DNA from: Dicyema japonicum
Taxonomy: Eukaryota > Animalia > Dicyemida
Assembly: GCA_011109175.1 (NCBI GenBank)
Contig: RDEW01000096.1
Location: forward strand, 9,604 to 73,603
Length of the DNA: 64,000 nucleotides
Reading direction: 5' to 3'
The notes under the pieces: generated by a model
Told to the model about the DNA's origin: nothing
The model's database searches: none
The model's input: the letters and a program-made list of their open reading frames with translations, nothing else
Program-made: the position numbers and the translations under genes
Part shown: positions 50,061 through 62,784 of the stretch, piece after piece
Numbering within the stretch: the stretch's first letter is position 1
How the letters are laid out: each line of letters opens with the position of its first letter

Positions 50061-53000
50061 TAGGGCGTTTGACTGCAAATATGTCACGAGCGATGAGAGT
50101 GATCCATCAATGTCACTCAATGTCAAAAATAATACAAAACTGTTAATTAACTATTATTTTCAGTGGTTCTGAATTTTTTAGTCGTTGTGAATGAACCACT
50201 CCCATCTTCCTATTCACTCTTTTATAATACGAAGGCTGCAAATTTACCCTCTCAAAGTTAAACTGGAACTCATCATCCTATAAAAAACCTTTAGTTGTGT
50301 CTAGATTTTCTACAACTTCCTTCTTATATTAAAACTTTCTGGATTATCGTGAACATGATTCCACAAGAGTGTTAATCCAGGATACCACGATACTTTTTGG
50401 AATCGGTCAGAGACAACTCGCCTGGATAAAGCTTTTAAAAATTCTATCAATTGAGTTCTTCAGAAACTCAACCGATCAAAAAGAAAAAAAGTATTGATTA
50501 ACAATGATTTGAGATTTGATCAAACTAGTACTACTTATTCAAAAATTCAAAATTGACTGATTAGAAGAATAACGGAATTAGTTAACGAATCATTAAATTG
50601 TTAATTACGTAAAGGATCAAGCAATGACAAAATGCAATGTGTCGGGACTCATTCTGGGGTAGGGACAGAAGATTCAGTCATCCAAAGACTCGCAAAAGAT
50701 GACACGGATCAGTGAATTGCTTAATCAGCAGACGACTTGAATGGCACTAATCCGATCATTTATCTCCCAAAGTGATGCAATCCGGAAAGTAAATTCACAG
50801 CGAAATATGTCCATAGAATTCACAGTCAGATGGGAGTAGGATTACTCTATAGTTTCCTGAACTTTCGTCAAGTCCTTCTCTGACCTTCGTTCTTGAAAAC
50901 ATCAGACTGAACATTGATACTTCTCAAGGTCCAGACATAGTTGATGCGTCCACCAGTCATTAACGACCCCTGGCGTTGAAGGTAGGGTGTAAAACAAGAA
51001 TCATTAAAAAACGTATTCGACATGATTGTGGGAGATTTATAGTGAATGCAGTACGGCATCTTTTTATTTTATCATCATATTTGGTTGTATACGATGGTAC
51101 TTGGGGAACATAAAAGAAAGATATGGAACAACTCGACTCATTTCAGAGGCCAACTAACAAAATTCCTTAAATATTCTGGCCAAAGAAAATCCCAAACAAT
51201 AAATTATACTGCCTGATTATGGACCAATAAGTCTGAATTTACTTGAAGCCCATATTCTACGGATTGGCGAAGAAACACCCTGCAATGTTGCCATGGAAGA
51301 ATTATTCACCCATACTGAATTTTCTACATTCAGAGGACGTCCAAGAGATTATTAACGCAAGAATAGTCAAAAACATGGCACAAGCGAAACATGAACACTG
51401 TTTACTGACAACGCGGACGTGGACTAACTAACTATTTGGTTGTATTAGTTGACTCATTTGTCGAGTCTGTTTGTCTTCAAAATGATATGAAATAAACGAT
51501 TGAATCTTAGATTGACTAAAATAATATTTATCAGAGTTAACCCAATTGTGAAATGCTAAAAATAATTATAGCACATGAATCACTGTATGGTTGTGAAAAA
51601 AGATATTTCGAAGTTACAATCTATCCATATTTATATTTTTAAAGATTCATTATTGAGTAGGCTTTACTTAATTATATTTTGGCTGCTTATTATAATAATT
51701 AAGGTTTATATGTCATAAGATGCACTTATGCTGTTAAGAGCACTTGAATGACCTGTGCCTTACAATATTCTTTGTTGAATAGACAGATTTATCAATATAG
51801 ACAAAAGCATTACTAGAGAGGTGTAACCACTCAACCAACAATTTTAGTAACAAAACACCAAAGAGACACATTGAGAGACAATCGCTTATATGCTGTTTAC
51901 ATGGAAGGAGAATGACACCAGAGGGTCAAAATTCACTCCAATATTTTTGAGCGAAGTTTATATTTTAATCTTCTTTAAGTCTTCGAAGAGTGGAATAAAC
52001 TCAGGAAGACTTTTCAGGGTACACCTCAGAGTCTGTTTGAGACCAATTGGATCTCAACAAGAAATAACTGTATTTTTGTTGTGAATTTTAATCCCACTTG
52101 GAATTAGCAGTGGACATGAAATGATTTTTTTGCAAGCTTATTTCACACTATGACTTTTCACCAGAGTGGTTTATCGGCCAGAGGTTGATATGGTGGCGTA
52201 CCTTTACTGCACGAAATGTCTACTAAGCTTCATGATGGGTGAATCTTTTTCTCGTGGCCATGGAAGAAGAAGTGAACTCTGGAGACATCTGAAACTTGAT
52301 GATTGTAGCCAAGAAGTAAGTGACGGATGAGTAAAGTATCCGGGTTTAAATCCCGACTACACCAAGAGATAAAGATCATGCAGCAATAAATACAAGTAAA
52401 TACAACTTAGTCCACTTAGAATCCGATTTCATACACTATTGGGTTGGTTTTGCCGTGCATAAGAGGATAAACGTGTGCGAGCACACAAGATGAACGATCT
52501 ACTTTCAGTAATGGAAATACGGGAGTATTATTTTTAATAACCCAGGATATACGTGAAATAGTAATATCCAGTTCCCCAGGTTGGAGTGAGACGTATCCTT
52601 TACAAGAATCACGGCCTTTCCAAGTATCCGCCTTTATGGGAAGCTTCCATTTAAGTATAGAAGAGAGGGATCCATTCTGCGTCTCCCGAGTTAGGTGAAT
52701 ACAATGACGCATCTAGGAATTGAAAAGGCAAAAATCAGAGATGAATCATTAAAGCAAAGGTAATGTTATGAGAATCCGGTCGGTCGGATCTGGGACAGGG
52801 CGGCACGTGGGAATTTTAATGACTCTCTAATAGTGCTTTGAAAAAAGCTAGCGGTTAATAGAAAAGATATTAGTAAACTTAGGGGAGGGGGTAGTAGAGA
52901 AGATGGTTCGAACTTGAAGGAGGTCGAATCTATCGTGTATTTAAACTACAACCAGCATGTTTGAGATAAAGCTCGAAGTTAAGAATATTCCGAGGGGACT

Positions 53001-53929
53001 GAGTCGGTTCGGAATTTAAGATTTGATTATCACTGGATTGTCCTCGGTTGCTAATATGTCCACTCTTATTGCCATCACTCGGTTCAACTTGAGTCTCAAA
53101 GTCCATGTAAATTGCATCTCGGTTGACTTTCTTGATATTTCTATTTTGGAGAATTACTGTGAGTCGAGTTGGCTTTGTTGGTTGGGAGTTCACAATCTTC
53201 TCGCAGTTTCACAACTTGGGGTGATTCAGAGTTCGAAAATTTGGAGCTATAAAGATTTTTTCGAATAGTGAAAATTTCAGAATCATGTTGATTCCCTTTA
53301 TCATTGGAAACCATACCTTGGGGTTTCGATCCCCCCAGGGAATCGAAGATTTTAATTGCTTCGGCGACTCTCGGCTCGGGCATATTTTTTTCTTCTTATT
53401 CCGTGGTTCAACTGTGCCATTTGAGAATTAACAGCGTAAATCCAATGTAAGCTCTTTATATTATCGACAACAAATAGACTTATGTAAGCTATAATTATAT
53501 CTGCCCGCTTGGATTATTATCGCTTACACTCTCTCTATTTGACCCAGGTTCGTTAGATACCAAGATCTTCGATTCCCCTCATTGGTTCATTTATTAGTTT
53601 AAATCACAAGCGTACGTGGACGGCTACGGAATGTTTCTCCATATGTTTCGAAGTAGACACTGACATTGAAAATTATACTTCAATTTACTGCAGGAAAATA
53701 TAAAAACGAGAAAACTGAGTGCTAGAACCGATTCAGTCATCCTTACTTCAAACGCATGGTAGAAGTCGGTTGGCAAGCTTTACCGTTTCGTACTACTTCC
53801 CCATAACTTAATTAGCAGTTTTTACTTTACTTACTTTAAACTCCTTTTAAGTCTTATGAGTCATGACCATTTAACCCAATTTCATTTTATGTTTGAAAAT
53901 TCCTTGCGTTAACTAAATTGTAGCAAAAA

Positions 53930-54150
53930 TGGGAATTTTCGAGGTGGTCAGCCTCTGCCAATTACCAACCCCTCGATCCCCAAGAGCCGAGTTCAACTTA
54001 CTCCGTCAGCAATGATCGGCCAAAATGAACCGAAACGTGATGCATAGAGCAAAGGAGTCAGTGCACATTAAATCCAATCTTCTTATTCCCGTGATCAAGG
54101 GTGGGAGATCGACCAAAGACAGTTACCCAGTTGAACCTAACCACGTGTAA
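53930..54150 (+). mobile_element. possible Penelope-like GIY-YIG tail
   Basis: RAKESVHIK..RDQGWEI resembles the R.KEAI.I..NRD.G ending. Confidence 0.35.
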
Positions 54151-55499
54151 TAGATAATATTAAACAAATCTTTCAACAAATATGCTAATTATAATATTAT
54201 AATAATTCTAATTGATGACTATATGTGAATGATTCTGGCTTTCAGCAGTCTCCGGACACTCCTGACAACTCAGCCAGCTATCCCACCGTTCCCTGGAAGA
54301 GCCTCAAAAGAACTCTCCCGGAATGTCTTCCTTCGGGACTGATCGACATTCCTTCATATAAGAAATTTTGTTTCCAAATAAGTTTTTTGGATTTTTGCAA
54401 AAACACGGGGAACAGTATCCTTCGTCCTTTATTGACTCGTCCGAAAGATAAGCGTCGGTTGAATGACTCCCCAACGAAGGCTGTGGATGCAAGGGTCTTC
54501 GTCGTATTGAGAAATAATTTATTAGGCAGATCCAAAAGTAAATCATTTACTGTTCTATTTATTTAAAAATCGATATTTTACTTAATAATTATAATTTTAA
54601 AATATATTTTAAATAATTTATTAAATCGAATAAAAAAAACAAAACATCAGTTAGCTGCCGCCCTCACTGCGTGGCTGTTCCCTCTCAGAATTGGGAACGA
54701 AATTTATAAAATAAATATTATTTTCTTAGAAAAAATGAACAATTTTTTTGGAAGAAGTTAATTCTATGTATCCAGTTCCCACGGTTCCATAAGCAGAGAG
54801 TCCTTTCAATGTCACAAAGACCACCTAGAACCAATGGAAGAGGAGAAAACGTCCAGTTCTTGCAGTTATGGGAACTCCTCCAGTGGAGTGAGGGAGAGAA
54901 AATGGTTGCTAATCTGGCACTGTGTGGATTACTCCACTCTAGTAGAAAGGGAAGAGTGGGAACGGAATAAAAGAAGAGAAACTTTTAATCATGTAGTCAC
55001 TTGGCACAAAATGAAAACTGATTGATGAATCTGGAGAAAGGTGAACGGGTGAATCTGTTTTAAGGAAAACTCTAAGAATTTTATTAATCTGAGTTACACC
55101 AAGAAGGAAGTGCAACAGCTGATTAAGTATATTCTGTTCCCACTGTCGCAGTTGCGATGAGATTAGTCCTTCTAAGCACGAGTTCATTCAGAACCACATT
55201 TGCTAGAACTTCTCAAAGATGTATTCCATGATCAAGGGAACTTTCGGATACAAGGATAAATTGTCTTAAATATTGGATTTTTAATAAATTTTTCGCCAAT
55301 CTCGATTGATACTACGTAGCTCCATGGAGGCTCTTTTCAAAATATCCAGAATTGACTTGGTGGTCACAGTTAATGTAGACTTATCCTTCCATGCTTATCA
55401 TTTCTGTGGACAGCCATGGAGTGTCCTCGATGGTCCTAGACCAAAAATTGGGAGCCGTTTCATAGAGAAATATGAATTTGATTGACTATTTTACTTATA

Positions 55500-56260
55500 T
55501 AGTCACGTGAACCCAATACCTGGCCGGCATTCAAAAAGTTTCTCAATCACCATGTTACATGTCCATCAATACTAAATTGGACACCTCAATCTTTCTACCT
55601 AATGATAAAACGTGGGAAGAGGTTCTAACGTGAATCCAATAAAACTTAGTTGTTTGTGTAATCGAAAAGGGAGGCATCTATGAGGTGGTTAACGCCTAAT
55701 TAAAGGTATCAAGTTCCCACAATCGCATGGAGACTAGTCCTCCGAGCTCACACAAGTTTATTTAAAACCACAGTTGCGGGAACCTCTCCAAGAAATGATT
55801 AATCGTTGTAGGGAGAGCAAATGCTCCTTTTGATCTCTTCTGCCACTGATCATTTCCTAGGATAAGCGGATCACATGATATCACGCTAATTGTACGAAAG
55901 AAGAAAAGACATTCAACCAAGTAGCCAAGGGGAAGATTCGAACCAAGAGAGTAACCACCAAATGCGAGAACAGTCCGATATATCTGGTGAAACCTAGAAA
56001 TCGACCAGTACAAAAGAAGTGGTTTGCCTGAGGTCGTCTAGAAAAAAAGGAGATATAACGACGAAACTGATTATGTCGAAAAATCAAATAAGTCACTGCG
56101 GAACTGAATTATCTACTGCAAGCCTGTCAAACGCGCAGAAATGATTGTTATACAGTCGGCGACATTGAGGCCGTCTCATTAAAATAAGGCCATCAGAGAA
56201 AAGCAGTGGATTTTTATTAATGGCGTCAAATTGACAGCCTGGTTATGAGAGTTCACGTGG
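55500..56260 (-). mobile_element. Ty3/Gypsy RT-RNase H remnant
   Basis: TAF..DG, FLDDL, RFLGF and GLFSH in the expected order, heavily frameshifted. Confidence 0.55.
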
Positions 56261-57260
56261 TCAGAAGATGTTCATACGCTTGACGGGTATTTCAACGAAT
56301 GGAGACTAGGTTACTTCTGTAAAATGGTTAATGATACATTTTTAGTTTTCAATAATCACACCAAAAGAGTAAAACTTAAAAGACATTATGAAACTAACCA
56401 TCGATCATAAATACGAGGGCCTAATGCGTGTCTCAAGACTCAAAGAATTGAAAGCTAAGTTGACGCACCAACAGGATGTTGTCAAAGCAGATAAATATTA
56501 TAAATGTATTTGATTATGCACTCAGAGCCCCAATGTGGGGAAACCTGGCTTCTATTCATACTTCCAGAAAAGTTTACAAATATTAGAAAGTTTTCAATAA
56601 GGAATGTTCGGTTACAACTATGTGAGTTGTTTTTCTTCATGAAATCAAAATCTTTACAGAAAACAGTGCTGATTGATGACCACTTTTCATCCCTGATCAA
56701 CGTCAAAACTGCTAATACATTTCAAATATAAGAAAAATTTTTCTAAAAAAGGCATCTCAGGACTAAAGAGTGAAAATGATAATTTTGAAAAAAAATTATT
56801 AAAATTGTTATATTTAGATTATTGTAATATAGCCGTTGTAGAATGCTTGTGAATTATTAAATACACTTCAATAAGATTGCAGTGTTTTTCAGATTTGTTA
56901 GTGTGGCCACATTATTATCTTATGCGGCTCTTGGAGCTTTTTGATTTTGACATGACTGGTTTGTTGCGACTAACATGCAACTAAAATATAAGTAAAGAGC
57001 ATTCTCTCCTTTATTATTATTAACCCATTTACAAGCATAACTGTCCTTATCCCACTAATCAGCAATTTAGGAAACTCTAGAGTACCTCAGCCCCGTTTTA
57101 TATTATCTACAAATTAAGCAATTACAATTGTACAATGTTATCAAACATAACCCCAAAAATAAAAGTATAATAAAATATAAAGCCATAATCAAAAAAATAA
57201 AATTTAATAATAAATCTAATATTTTCATGATAGAAATAAATATATTATCCAAAAAAAACA

Positions 57261-58820
57261 CTACAATAAAACATGGAAATGAACCAAATTAGCCGCCATT
57301 TTAATCACTGACTGAGAACACCTATCCACATATTCACGAAACACAGTCATGTCGTTTTCACAGACAAATAACAAATTCAGAGTTTCATTTTTCTTGAACT
57401 TGGATCGTGAGCGTGCAAACTCCACACTGAGGATCAACTCATGGACGTTAGGGTAAACTGTAATTTTGGTAACAAACCCAAAATTTATCTTAACAAAAAG
57501 ACCAAGTGTAGTAAACGGCACAAATTGAGTTCCCTCCAAGCGGAAAGGGAGAGACTCATTCATTATGCGACATATTTATTGGTAATAACCATTTGCATAA
57601 AGCAGACATTCACTAACCTCCCCCGTTTGCTCCCAGATGTCTCCAACATGTATACACCCATAAGCTCACTAGTATCAATCAAAATAGTGGGGACAAATTA
57701 CCAGTTCAGTCAAATTTACAGTTTGGTACAAATACGCCTTAACCATCTGCCTTCTCATCACACTCATGGACACACTCTTGTTGAAAGAATCCTCAGAGAC
57801 TACTCTAATACCAACACCCACCATTCTTAAATAGATTGAAAAACTCTTCAGTGATAGTACGACTCCCAGTGAATACAACATAGTTGGACGCACATTAGGG
57901 GATAACATGGAAGGTAGAGTGCCCAAACCCGACCACTAATATCCTGACATTCTCCACACCGTGATCCTCCAGTAACCTCAGTCGGGGGTTACTGCATATT
58001 ATAAACCACTACACGTTTTAAGTCTCTCAAATATTAAGGAGTCGTTTTCGTGAGGATAATAGTCCCGTTCACAAGGCAAGATCCCCCAAACTCAATCAAG
58101 GGACACTAAAATTATTATATCCTTACCATGACCCCACAAACGAAACACTCCTCAACATGAAACACATTCACACGCAAATAGGACATAATTCCACCACTTA
58201 TTCGATGGGAGACTCCCAAGGCACTAAAAATATCGTCGCAGTCATTGTTGGAGATAAGTGACTCCACATTGCTAATGACTTGTTTGTCCCACAAGCTCAT
58301 CCTACGATTGTCCCCTAACGATTCCGAAAGAAAAGCTACATCCTCGATGGAATCCTTCCATTTTAGAATAAGTGTTACGTTTATGTCCATATAGTCGATA
58401 CATTCTTCAAAATCAGGTTCAGGGAGGGTCCCGAAATGGTCAGTTTCCACAAGATCAAGTGATTCTGGGATTTTAGCAGAGCTTCCTCACTATTGTCCCT
58501 CAGACTGGAACAGATCTTATTAAGATAGCCAAATCTCTGACTACTAGTAAAACAACCTGGCACTGAGTGCCGGCTGAAAACAAATTGAAAAAAATTAACC
58601 AATTAGCAACGTATCACCACATGTGAAAACATAAGATAATGTAAACCCAGGACTCTTGCGGCGGATTATGCTGTGATTGGGGGCCGAATATGGATACAGT
58701 CGATCTAATGAAATCAGGAGGCGAGTAAGATAACAAAATGGATNAAAATTTCTCTTCCTTCCCTCTGAAGGAGTCATTGGATCCACCTTACTTAGAAGAG
58801 CCCAATGCCTGGCCGACATT
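57261..58820 (-). CDS. possible spliced host gene or pseudogene of unknown function
   Basis: Chain of same-strand ORFs with micro-intron-like breaks (e.g. GTAAGGATATAATAATTTTAG). I could not build one clean frame, and there is an ambiguous base at 58744. Confidence 0.3.
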
Positions 58821-58914
58821 CAAAAAAGACAATTTCGTTCCCTAGCGACGAGCTCTGGAATCGACCTCAGCTCCCCGACAACGCTCTCTGGATCACTGTT
58901 CTTTGGTGAAAATT

Positions 58915-59150
58915 CTGCTGGTTCACTTAAAGTCGAATATGACCTCACAAACTTTTAATTTATTTCGCTCACTTTTCAATAAATAATTAAGTGAGCTAAA
59001 TCCTCCTTCAACAAGATGTGAAGTTGAAAAGTACAAGATTATGTGATCGGGGTCACCTAATTCCCGGGTTTTCTCTTTCAGGAATTTTTTGTGAGTATTA
59101 CATTTATTGAGTAGTTTGCTTAGCAGTGACAACAGGGACATTTAGTTCAG
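58915..59150 (-). mobile_element. hAT dimerisation-domain fragment
   Basis: FSTSHLVEGGFSSLNYLLKSERNKL. Confidence 0.65.
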
Positions 59151-59190
59151 TTGATTTAACTATAGAAATATTAATTATTTATATTTGTAG

Positions 59191-59309
59191 ACTCGACCGC
59201 TACACTACTTCCAATGACTAATCCTTCACGCACGAGTTCGTCTGCACTTTGTCTCTTTGCAACATCACTGGGACTGCTCGCCTTGACAGCACTTATGATA
59301 CTAATTTAA
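59191..59309 (+). pseudogene. orphan last exon paralogous to the gene at 62061-62784
   Basis: Same 119-nt length, phase, acceptor context and 3' UTR as 62666-62784; encodes STATLLPMTNPSRTSSSALCLFATSLGLLALTALMILI*. Confidence 0.85.
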
Positions 59310-59379
59310 TTTAAATTAACATGGAGTTTTAGTTGGTTAATAAATATTCGGATTTTATGTACAACCATTATTCATTAAA

Positions 59380-60240
59380 CAGTCCGACCCCGAATTGGGG
59401 CAGACCCAGGGGTGGGGCACCCTCGGATTTTGGGGCATTTTTTTTTTGGCCAACATTTTGGCAGAGTAAAATGGAAAATCGATAAAAAAAATATGGAAAT
59501 TTTGGGGCACTATAAAATTGTGGGGAATGAAATTATAAGTAAATAAAATTATATTTTATTAATAAATATATAATTTTAATTTACACGTTTATTTACATTT
59601 TTTGTTGTGAATGGTTATCAACTACGAAACAAAATTAACGATTGCTAAATTGATATTGAAGAACAAATTATCTGAAAGACAGATAATAAAAAATACAAAA
59701 CTAGTAAAGGCATGATTTCGCGAATAAAAAAAACAATTGTACCTTTTCTGAACAAGGATGAGAATCTTATGCCTTATTGTGAGAAATCTAAATTCGATGA
59801 TCAAGTTTTTGAAATATTTCAGAATCTACGCGAAGATAAGGTTCCAATATCAGGTCCTTTCATAAAGAAAATTGCCTTATATATGGCTTCAAAAATTGGA
59901 TTTGATACTTTCAAAGCTTTAAACGGCTGGCTTGACAGATTTAAAAAGCGACATGAACTGAAATTCAAATCAATTTGTGGAGAAAAAAATTCATGTGACT
60001 TGACTTACATCAATGAGTTTTTTTTAAATTCAAGATTCTCTTGATCAGTTAGAGAAGAAAATTTTTTAATATCTCCTGAAATGCTCAAAGAATTTTACGA
60101 TTTTCGACTTAATTTTATGAAAAATGTAAGAAGTAAAATGATAACTGGGGATAAATTAACTGATTATTCTAAAATTGAATTTGAGTTTCAATAGCTCACT
60201 CAATACTGCACGAAATTAGTAAGATAATTTTTGATAAAGA
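59380..60240 (+). mobile_element. Tigger/pogo transposon, truncated
   Basis: CAGT-starting end at 59380; CENP-B-type HTH PISGPFIKKIA..FKALNGWLDRFKKRH..ICGE. Confidence 0.85.
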
Positions 60241-60259
60241 AAATTATTTTATTTTTAAC

Positions 60260-60470
60260 TACAAAAACACTTACAACTACTAAAATCATTTTTAGTCGAG
60301 GCTGGTCTCTGTCGGAATTGAAAACCCGACCCAATATCTTTCTTCCTTCTAGCGATAGGCGATCCTATACGGTTCAGCGTGGTCAGTGATCTCCTTCCAC
60401 GATAAACAAACATATTCTTTAATATGCTCGGCCCCAGCATGTCAAAGCTTATCGGGCAGTTTGCAGAACT
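60260..60470 (-). mobile_element. CRE-clade 3' fragment
   Basis: LNRIGSPIARRKKD..FRQR resembles the C-terminus of the other copies. Confidence 0.45.
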
Positions 60471-62060
60471 GTGGAAGAAAGATCCTAGAATAAAACTTAA
60501 TTAATTGTGACTTTTATGTGCCTCCGATAATTAACATGAATTAGACTTAGAAATTTAGAGCCCCTATTGTCGATGAAATTTGAAAATTACAGTTTTTACA
60601 AATAAGCTAAAAATTTGGAAACCTGATCGCAATATGAACTCAATATTCTTATTTAAACTGACTTATTTACTTTTTTAATCTAAAATGATTTCGAGTGAGG
60701 AATAACAAGGCATAGTATTCTTACACATGTTTAATATTTATTTAAAATAAAAAAATGACATTTATGGAAATAAGTCATTTTTGGTGAATATTCTATTTTT
60801 TAGTTAAACAAACTACTTTTACTTTATTCTCCGTCATGGTAGCTTAGAACTTTTGGTGAAGTACTTCAATTAAGTGAACTGTTATAGTAGTTCTGACTTC
60901 TTTCTCAACCTGTCGTGTGTATAGACTAAATCAGTGTTTCTCAATCACGTGCAATCGATTCAGTGACGATACAATGCTAGGAAGATTTGAAGATATGTCC
61001 TTAATAAAAACAATTTTAGTACAATTTGATGAATCAGTTGTATTTGATAATCTATTTACACTTAAAGATATTTTGACTGTCATTTGAATTAGAATTTTTA
61101 CTTTTAAAATTATTAAAAATCGACACAAGATTTTGAATTTTCAAATAATTTAAAAACATTGACGGGGCGATATAAAAAAAGGTTGAGAAACACAAGACTA
61201 AGTGATAGACTCGGGAGACATCGAAGACACACTGCTTCAGAACTATCTTAATGTTGATATATTCCTTCCCCCAAATTAAAAAGGAACTTGAACATGTTTT
61301 TTTCATGAGAAATAATAAAGTATCAAAATCAAAGAACTTTTAAAGCACTCCAAAAACACATGTATTTAATAAATTTCTAAAAAAGCGTTTTAGTTCCGAA
61401 CCCAAATTATTTTCCTTACCAAGCAACTACTAAATAGTTTGCTTGGTAGTGACTACAGGAAGATATTTAGTATATTAATGAATAATTCCATAATTTATGT
61501 TTCATTTCAATTAATAACACCAGAGACCAAGGTTACAACAAACTAACTAATCACGTGATGAACAAGTCTAGAAAAACCTCAACTTGACCCAATGCTCCTC
61601 CCTCGACACCACACAAGCACGCATCAGCCGAATGACTGTATCTTCGTGGTTACGACTACATGTTACGCGGTTAATGCATATCACGGATTCTAGTGGCATT
61701 GGAAGCTAGTATTCCACACAAGTCTATCATTCCGTATATTGAAGGTTTTTTTTTCGGCTAACCTTGATCTTCAAGACATTTGTCCAACAAATGAATGAGA
61801 GAATGACATTTGCATATCAAAAATTTGTTGGGATTTTCTGAACATGAAAACAACATTGTTAGTTTTCAAATCGACTCTCCGTCTTCCCAGCCTCTTGTCT
61901 GATGTAAAGATGTTTTATTTCAATTGCTTTGAGATTAATTTTTTTTTAAATAAATTTGTAATTAAAATAAAAAATTATTTTTTAATAAATAAATAATAAA
62001 TTATTCATTTAAAGTAATAATCATCATTATATATTTAATAATTGTGGTGATAAATCTGCA

Positions 62061-62784
62061 ATGAACAATATAGTTAAAAGTTGCCAAAATCAAACAATTC
62101 AATAGGGATTGTGGTATATTCCATTATTTTGACTGGCCTTGCGAATTCCGATAATGTAATCAAATTATCAAATACACCAGTACCGACGTGGAGCATCAAT
62201 AACCTGGGGACATACATATTATTTAGTGGAATTTTTAATGTTAGAAATAGTCGAAATGTTAAGAAAATATGATAATTTTAGAATCAAATTACTAATTTTA
62301 ACGATTCAGATGTTAAATTGTTAATCTCCCAGAGTGGATCTGTATGGATCACATTTAAAATTGATGATTTAGAACTTCGCCTTCAAATTAAAAAAGTGAA
62401 TAATGATTATCATTTCTACTATTTCGTTATTTCCAATTCGAGTACTTTGTTAAAATATGTTTAGAAGGAAAAATTTCTAATTTTAATATTGAAAAGTATG
62501 TCCAATCTGCGAATCAGAGCAATACTTTTGAACTTCAATTTCATAATGGTTTTACTCTTAAAGCGGAGGAAATGAAAATGCAAATATCTACATCAACTGA
62601 GACTACGACTGAGAGTACAATATTAATATTTATTAAAAAATCATATTAATTATTTATATTTAAAGATTTGACCGCTACACCATTTCCAGTGAATAATCAT
62701 CGACGCACGACTTCGTCTGAAAATCATCGCTTTGCAACATCACTGGGAGTGCTCGTTTTAACGGCACTTATGATACGAATTTAA
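62061..62784 (+). CDS. secreted, probably GPI-anchored protein of unknown function, 5 exons, 199 aa
   Basis: Introns 62080-62105, 62258-62281, 62442-62464 and 62615-62665 give an exact 600-nt CDS: signal peptide MNNIVKRIVVYSIILTGLANS, a beta-rich domain, a Thr-rich stalk, and the C-terminus TSSENHRFATSLGVLVLTALMIRI*. Confidence 0.85.

Noticed and set aside
53023-53268. FLDISI motif suggesting a Penelope RT
   Set aside because: Flanking RT motifs are absent and the opposite strand looks more coding-like.
54645-54705. HDV-ribozyme-like fold (CGC-CCTCACT-GCG, GTTCCC/GGGAAC, CGAA)
   Set aside because: No P2 partner strand and no P1.1 GG, so the pseudoknot cannot be completed.
57261-58820. Possible TGA reassignment suggested by in-frame TGAs
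   Set aside because: Endosulfine, kinesin and MBOAT end in TGA, and conserved Trp positions use TGG. Decay or unresolved splicing is simpler.
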